Positions 46,780 to 52,120 of a stretch of DNA of 52,120 nucleotides are shown here, piece after piece; position 1 is the first letter of the stretch; each line of letters starts with the position of its first letter. Made by a program: the position numbers and the translations under genes. Source of the DNA: Candidatus Shapirobacteria bacterium (GTDB taxonomy: Bacteria > Patescibacteriota > Microgenomatia > UBA12405). The notes beneath the pieces were generated by a model. The model had not been told where the DNA came from, did no database searches, and was given only the letters and a program-made list of their open reading frames with translations. The stretch lies in assembly GCA_016188545.1 (NCBI GenBank), contig JACPHO010000003.1, positions 1-52,120 on the forward strand, written 5' to 3'.

Positions 46780-47086
46780 AGCGATATAATACTTCAATTA
46801 CCAAAATGGTTAACAACACTCGCCAATTTTTCAGCGATTTCCTTTCCTCCATCTCCACCATCAAATCTTTGTCGTTAAAAAAATACTTCCATTCCAAGTC
46901 CAACCAAGAAGAAGCTACCTCCATCAAAAGTTTAATCATTTTTCTCGAACTATTTAACGCCATTTCCCAAAGAAAATACAAAGATGACACCCTCATCAAG
47001 GCTTCCTCAACCCCATCTTTATATTTTCTCAAAAGTTTATCGCTATTCATTAGCCACAATTTACCACTCATTACAGATTGGGTCAC
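46757..47086 (-). CDS. Alternative hypothetical ORF (109 aa) antisense to the 5' part of track ORF 46806-48212
   Basis: About 25% of its codons start with G, against about 12% for the overlapping plus-strand frame. This would fit a divergent gene pair with ATG 47154. Confidence 0.35.
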   Translation of the reverse strand: MTQSVMSGKLWLMNSDKLLRKYKDGVEEALMRVSSLYFLWEMALNSSRKMIKLLMEVASSWLDLEWKYFFNDKDLMVEMEERKSLKNWRVLLTILVIEVLYRFIQLSTT

Positions 47087-47153
47087 TCCTCAAAACTCCT
47101 CCAATTTTCCTCCTGAGAGCATTCTTTCCTCCGGTTCCCATTTGCTTCATTCT

Positions 47154-48212
47154 ATGGAAAAACGTCGCTCCCAAGAGCTTGGACTTACTATTCCCCTCAC
47201 CAAAACCAATATTATTCTAATTATCATCAAAGCCCAGGTCAGTGGCTACCACCAACCCCTATTTCTTACTCAATTCAATTTAAAAACCATGTCTTTTCAA
47301 CTCATTGGTGGTGCCACCAAAGACAATGAAAGCATATCAACTGCCATCAATCGACTAGTTTGCAAAGAATTACCATTAAATGATTTATCCCCCTCCGACT
47401 ATCACCTCAACCATATTGTCCACAATTTCTCCTACAGTGGCTTAGCCAAAAAGACCAACGTCTATACCCAATATACCTTTTCTTTTTATTCGCTAGTGTT
47501 CGACAAATTAATTATCAAACTCACTCCCGACGATCGCTGGCTTTCTCTTGAAGAATTGGTGGCTGAAAAAACTCTCGACAACATTCCTGTCATGTCACCT
47601 CTCAAGCCCATCACTAATAAAGACGATCAAAAAGAAATGCTTCATGTTTTAAAGGAGTTACCCCTAAGTCTTGCCGACACTCAATCACCCAGTCACACCT
47701 CAAAACCAACACCATCACTTCAATCTCCTTCACCTTCACTCTCCCGTCTCCTTCAACAGGATGAGTCTGAAAGTCTCGAGTTTAAATCATCTATTCGTTG
47801 GGATTTTACCACTTCTAGTATCAACAAAATTCTCGAAAAAACTATTGTCAGATCTATGGCCAGTTTTCTCAATTCCCATCAAGGTGTTCTTCTTATCGGC
47901 GTCAATGACAATCAGGAAATTCTTGGATTAAATTATGATATCCAGACTCTCAAAAAGAAAAATCTTGACGGTTATATGCAACATCTTACCAGCCTTATTT
48001 CCACTTATCTTGGCATAGAAATTGCTCCATTTATCAAAATTACTTTCGAAAAAATCGACTCCGAATTTGTTTGTATCGTCAACATCGAACCATCACCGCT
48101 ACCAGTTTTTCTCAAAGAGGGTGACAATCGTCACTTCTACATCCGCTCTGGTAATACTACCCGGGAATTAAATCCCGAAGAGGCCTATAAATATATCGGA
48201 CTCCATTGGTAA
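47154..48212 (+). CDS. Degenerate Nudix-like N-domain + AlbA_2 (Schlafen-type) putative nucleic-acid-binding domain protein
   Basis: C-terminus SESLEFKSS..KTIVRSMASFLNSHQGVLLIGVND...IVNIEPS..PVFLK...FYIRSGNTTREL is typical of AlbA_2. IGGATKDNESISTAINRLVCKELPL resembles a degenerate Nudix box. The start is moved to ATG 47154 (see the feature at 46757). Confidence 0.62.
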   Translation: MEKRRSQELGLTIPLTKTNIILIIIKAQVSGYHQPLFLTQFNLKTMSFQLIGGATKDNESISTAINRLVCKELPLNDLSPSDYHLNHIVHNFSYSGLAKKTNVYTQYTFSFYSLVFDKLIIKLTPDDRWLSLEELVAEKTLDNIPVMSPLKPITNKDDQKEMLHVLKELPLSLADTQSPSHTSKPTPSLQSPSPSLSRLLQQDESESLEFKSSIRWDFTTSSINKILEKTIVRSMASFLNSHQGVLLIGVNDNQEILGLNYDIQTLKKKNLDGYMQHLTSLISTYLGIEIAPFIKITFEKIDSEFVCIVNIEPSPLPVFLKEGDNRHFYIRSGNTTRELNPEEAYKYIGLHW

Positions 48213-48213
48213 T

Positions 48214-49335
48214 ATGAGTCGTGCACCTCAAAAAGAAGGTTCTGAAAGGCCCGATCAAGCCCCAGAAATAGGCTCGCTTCAAGAGTGGCAATATCTTCGT
48301 ACCCGTGTCATCGAGGTAGCCTCAACTCGACCCGATCTTCAATATTCTTTAGAAATAAAAGACGGTAAATTACATATTCCCCAAACTGGTTTTGATCAGG
48401 CTGTTAAATATATTGCTCTAGTTAATACCATCCCTATCGATGACCCCACCCCACTCACTCTCACCACCCCCCTGCTTTCAAAACCATCTTCGGATGATTT
48501 AGGTCATCTGCTTATCGACTTTCCCGACGCCGCTCTCCAGTTATCACTAGTTCAAAAGATGATCAAACTTATGAACACTCTTGACCCAGAATCACCAGAA
48601 TGTCGTCAAGTTGCTACCCATGCTCTCAAGATTGGCTCACCTATCGCCCGTTTTTACGAAATCCCCGAACTTATAGCCAATACAGAAGACAAAGTCTTTG
48701 CCATACTCTGGCCCAGCAACTACCGACAAGCTATCACCACCATCCAAGAAGTTCTAAATCATCAGCCAATCACCCCCGAAATTCTTAAACAAATTAGTGA
48801 TGAGATTCAAAATGATATCCACACCGCCACCAATATCGATCCTGAAAATATTTTTTTTCTAATTAGACAAAAAGGTGTTTTGGCCACTTGGTTAAAACAC
48901 TTTGAAAACAGAAGCTCTGTCGACATTATTGCCGTTACTGCCTCTTTTGCCGACCTCACCGTCGACCCAAATGATACACTTGCCGATGCCAGACAATACG
49001 ACTGGTTAAAAAATATTGTATTCGCCCTGAACAGAATAAAAATCGGTCCAGATCAAAGACCAAAATATAAGTTTATTCGTAACGAATCAAAAGGTATTCC
49101 AACAGATGCTGAATCGTATGAGGCTCTCCATAACGACTATTACGCGCATTTCGCCACTCTCACCGAATCAATTCAGGTTGAATTTCGAGTTAATACCTGG
49201 ACTAGGCAGTGGCAAAACTTAGCTCGTCATCCGGCCTACAAAGGCATCACCCCTTCTCACCCTTCAATTGATCCAGGTGATCCGATTATCTACGGCATGA
49301 TCGCCGACGCCAACATTAGAAAATCTATCAAATAA
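48214..49335 (+). CDS. Hypothetical soluble protein (373 aa), no recognisable motif
   Basis: Long ORF starting 1 nt after the upstream stop, with gene-like composition. Confidence 0.7.
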   Translation: MSRAPQKEGSERPDQAPEIGSLQEWQYLRTRVIEVASTRPDLQYSLEIKDGKLHIPQTGFDQAVKYIALVNTIPIDDPTPLTLTTPLLSKPSSDDLGHLLIDFPDAALQLSLVQKMIKLMNTLDPESPECRQVATHALKIGSPIARFYEIPELIANTEDKVFAILWPSNYRQAITTIQEVLNHQPITPEILKQISDEIQNDIHTATNIDPENIFFLIRQKGVLATWLKHFENRSSVDIIAVTASFADLTVDPNDTLADARQYDWLKNIVFALNRIKIGPDQRPKYKFIRNESKGIPTDAESYEALHNDYYAHFATLTESIQVEFRVNTWTRQWQNLARHPAYKGITPSHPSIDPGDPIIYGMIADANIRKSIK

Positions 49336-49336
49336 T

Positions 49337-51301
49337 TTATGGTTGTACCACCCTGGTTGGTTGTAATGTTACTGGTGGTGGATTTAATTCTCCACTTGGT
49401 ACCGGAATTACTCCTGCACTACCAGTCGGTAACGGTTTGGCTGTCTCCAAAGTCTCAGCTGGTTTATTTGCCTGCTCAACTTCTTTTTTACTCAATACCT
49501 CCAATTCTTTCTTCCACTCAGTCAGTTCCTTACTCGCCTTCTCATAATCACCAGAATCAACCGAAACCAAAGCCAAAGCCTGGGTCAATCTTGCCACCGC
49601 ATCCGGAAGTTTATTCAACTTCTTCGCCGAGTGAGCCCAGTTATACCACCCATTGGCCAAGTCATTTTTACTTAAAACTACTGCTTCAAATACCCTATCA
49701 GCCTCATCAAATTTTCCAGCAGCAAACAGCAAACCTCCCATATCTAATCTTGTCATTGGATTTACCGGCTCAATGGCAACCGCTTGCTGATATGCTTGAT
49801 AGCTCCAGTCGGCTGATCCGTCCACAACTCCTACAATCTGTCGGTATATTGAAGCCAAATTTACCCAGTAGCTAGGATTATTTTGCTCTAATGAAATAGC
49901 TGCCTTACCTTCCCGCACCGCCTGTTGAACCAGCACCGAAGCTTTTTGTTTATCCTCATCAGTCATTTCCTTATTCGCCAATATCACTCCCGCCAAAGAC
50001 AAATTTGTCTGAGAATAAATTCTTCGGTATTCTGCCAAGGTCGGTAGCATTCCAATTGCTTTAATCTGCAAATTGTATGTTCCACCACCATCGTTCTTGG
50101 CAGCCGCCAACATCGATTGTCTCATATACCTTTCTCCCATTACTATCCGGTACATCCAGTATCCCGAAAACGCACTCAATCCCACTATTACTATACCAAA
50201 TAACCACGGAGCCACATTCACTTTTTTCTCCCTTATGGTTACATCCATTTCCAATTGATTAGTCTTTCCCCTTATACCTCCCAGCAGCCAAATCATCAAC
50301 CACAAAGATACAAAATTATAAGGCAGGAACATCACAATCAGTCCCATTACCACCGCTCTGATTCCTTTAAAATTCTTTTTCTCCTTTAGTACTTGTAAGG
50401 TCATCAGTACCACTATACCCAGACCCACTATACCTATCTCAGTCCAAATGTTAAGTACACCCGATGAGGCAAATCTAAATCCGTTAGACCAATATTTTGT
50501 CAAATTGTAAGTTACCGGTCTCCATTGCCAAAAAGCTTCCACAAAATTACCAATCCCCACCCCCCATATTGGACTTCTCTTGAATGCTTCAGCTGCAATC
50601 AGCCACGACATTCCTCCATCCAAGTTCACCCAACCCTCTCGGAACAATCTGAAAGCGTCCAAGAGAGTTACTAGTGACAGTAATGAAGTGACCATAGCCT
50701 CCAGCAAATACACCTCTTCTTTTTTAAGTTTTATGACCAATCTTTTAACCCATTCGGACACCAAAAATACCATTAAAATTACTTCATTTATCAGTGACCC
50801 GGTTATTGACCAATTGGTAGAGATATTGACCAATGGACTATCTTTTGGCCATACAATCGGCAACTTTGAAGCAGGAAATAAAAATAGTCCCAAAGAAGCC
50901 AATCCAGCAATTACTCCGGCAACTGTCAACCATTTTACTTGGGCATCTCTATCATCCTCAGTCTGAAGCCATAAAAACAACCAGACCAGCCAGGCACTCA
51001 ATGTTCCGACTCCTCCAAAATCAACCACAGATCTCATCTTCACTCCAGGAACCAGTCTCATCCCCCATTGCACCCAGCCAAAAGTAACCAATGCAATCAT
51101 TAACCATAAAATGACATTTGTTCTTATCTGTTTCTCTTTCTCCGTCAACAGTGTCACCACCAATAAAACCAATCCCAAAATACCTCCACTCATCAGTATC
51201 CAATTCCTTCCTAGTCCAAATGAATCAACCACCAGTGGTAAAAAAGAAATCGGCAATACCATCATCATCAATCGCAGGTAATACTTGAGGATAGTCTTCA
51301 T
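49337..51301 (-). CDS. O-antigen ligase/polymerase-like (Wzy_C-type) polytopic membrane protein fused to C-terminal TPR repeats
   Basis: At least 10 hydrophobic helices. Motif RSPIWGVGIGNFVEAF. C-terminal TPR-like units (..NPSYWVNLASIYRQ.., ..AYQQAVAIEPVNP.., ..GWYNWAHSAKKLNKLPDAVARLTQAL). Confidence 0.72.
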   Translation of the reverse strand: MKTILKYYLRLMMMVLPISFLPLVVDSFGLGRNWILMSGGILGLVLLVVTLLTEKEKQIRTNVILWLMIALVTFGWVQWGMRLVPGVKMRSVVDFGGVGTLSAWLVWLFLWLQTEDDRDAQVKWLTVAGVIAGLASLGLFLFPASKLPIVWPKDSPLVNISTNWSITGSLINEVILMVFLVSEWVKRLVIKLKKEEVYLLEAMVTSLLSLVTLLDAFRLFREGWVNLDGGMSWLIAAEAFKRSPIWGVGIGNFVEAFWQWRPVTYNLTKYWSNGFRFASSGVLNIWTEIGIVGLGIVVLMTLQVLKEKKNFKGIRAVVMGLIVMFLPYNFVSLWLMIWLLGGIRGKTNQLEMDVTIREKKVNVAPWLFGIVIVGLSAFSGYWMYRIVMGERYMRQSMLAAAKNDGGGTYNLQIKAIGMLPTLAEYRRIYSQTNLSLAGVILANKEMTDEDKQKASVLVQQAVREGKAAISLEQNNPSYWVNLASIYRQIVGVVDGSADWSYQAYQQAVAIEPVNPMTRLDMGGLLFAAGKFDEADRVFEAVVLSKNDLANGWYNWAHSAKKLNKLPDAVARLTQALALVSVDSGDYEKASKELTEWKKELEVLSKKEVEQANKPAETLETAKPLPTGSAGVIPVPSGELNPPPVTLQPTRVVQP

Positions 51302-51385
51302 ATACTCAGATTAACAAAACCACCACCTGTAGACAACCGCCTACGACTTCTTATCCCCGCACTTTTTCCTGACTTCCAAATTCCT

Positions 51386-51970
51386 CTACCAGCCACCAGC
51401 CGCCTTCTCAAACAAATTTTTCTTTGATAATAGATCTTTTGCCCCATTAAGTCTTATCATCGCCTCATCATTTTTCATTTTTCTTTTATCTATATGATGA
51501 TAAGTAGCCATGTTTCTATAATTTAAACCTGCTTCATTTTTTACCCACACTCTCGTGTCTTCTGTCAACACCATTCCTACTTGTAACTCCATTCCCGGAT
51601 TAGCCATCAACTCGTCAGTTCTATACATAAAATCCTTGACTGTTAAATGATGGTTATTCTTTTCCAACAATACAAAATTTAGACTCCATCTTTCTACTCC
51701 CATATAAATTTCTCTTATAAAGTCCTCACCGTCAATTTCCCCCTTCCTTTCGCACCACCGGCTTGCCATTTCTCTTAATCGTCCCATTACCGCCATTCCC
51801 TCGCCGTCTTTGTTATTAAATATTGGCTGCATTCCTTCCTTATTAAATTCAAAAAAGTTTCTCTTCATTAAATATCCTATTGCTCTATCAAAAGTTTCAA
51901 CCTCCTCCCTTCCTTTTTCCGATCCCCCTCCTCTATATCTTTCATAAACTTCCCCAACCATTGGCTGCAC
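51386..51970 (-). CDS. Hypothetical protein (about 191 aa from ATG 51961)
   Basis: ORF with gene-like composition. The track start GTG 51970 abuts the inverted repeat, and ATG 51961 is more likely. No motif recognised. Confidence 0.55.
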   Translation of the reverse strand: MQPMVGEVYERYRGGGSEKGREEVETFDRAIGYLMKRNFFEFNKEGMQPIFNNKDGEGMAVMGRLREMASRWCERKGEIDGEDFIREIYMGVERWSLNFVLLEKNNHHLTVKDFMYRTDELMANPGMELQVGMVLTEDTRVWVKNEAGLNYRNMATYHHIDKRKMKNDEAMIRLNGAKDLLSKKNLFEKAAGGW

Positions 51971-51981
51971 CTTATCTGCAA

Positions 51982-52120
51982 TTTGGCTTAATGGTACTTT
52001 TCGGGTGCTTTCCCCAACAGAATTTGGTTAATTAGTTTCATTTTTCTCTTTGTTTTTAGACCTCTATGAAGTCGTACTTTGTCTTTGAGATGAGCAAAGC
52101 TGCCTTCCAAAGAGTTGTTG
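51982..52120. repeat. Right arm of perfect terminal inverted repeat (partner 5-143)
   Basis: 139/139 identity to the reverse complement of 5-143. Confidence 0.95.
52066..52120 (+). CDS. 5' end of an outward-facing ORF (MKSYFVFEMSKAAFQRVV...), second copy, truncated by the window edge
   Basis: Same sequence as 1-59 (-). Runs off the right edge. Confidence 0.3.
   Translation, partial: MKSYFVFEMSKAAFQRVV

Overview
AT-rich, gene-dense bacterial fragment read under the standard genetic code. There are no rRNA genes, CRISPR array, reverse transcriptase, catalytic recombinase or transposase inside the window. The content is: leuS; two tRNAs surrounded by tRNA-fragment scars; a comEA plus split comEC DNA-uptake locus; a MacB/FtsX-type ABC transporter; three giant envelope proteins (2394, 1372 and 2095 aa); and many unrecognisable ORFs. 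By inference this resembles a Candidate Phyla Radiation / Patescibacteria-type episymbiont chromosome. Layout: a long minus-strand block at 6.4-19.4 kb runs comEA, comEC-N, comEC-C, giant Kelch/FN3 protein, ABC ATPase, permease. A mixed accessory patch lies at 21.7-29.6 kb, and a plus-strand surface-protein island at 29.6-46.8 kb. Most notable observations: (1) the window is bounded by a perfect inverted repeat of at least 139 bp carrying an outward-facing ORF start; (2) a Leu-codon mini-ORF with alternative terminator/antiterminator helices sits directly upstream of leuS; (3) the surface island combines WxL/DUF916-like modules, Ig-like anchors, a DUF2341-LamG giant and a tail-fibre-like giant whose N-terminus is integrase-SAM-like and is broken by a frameshift inside a domain; (4) a 63-bp repeated divergent promoter/operator with GTCC every 11 bp brackets a compositionally distinct 1.9-kb module; (5) 4x7-bp heptamer blocks occur both inside conserved genes and at gene junctions. 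All domain calls come from motif recognition by eye. No database search was possible.
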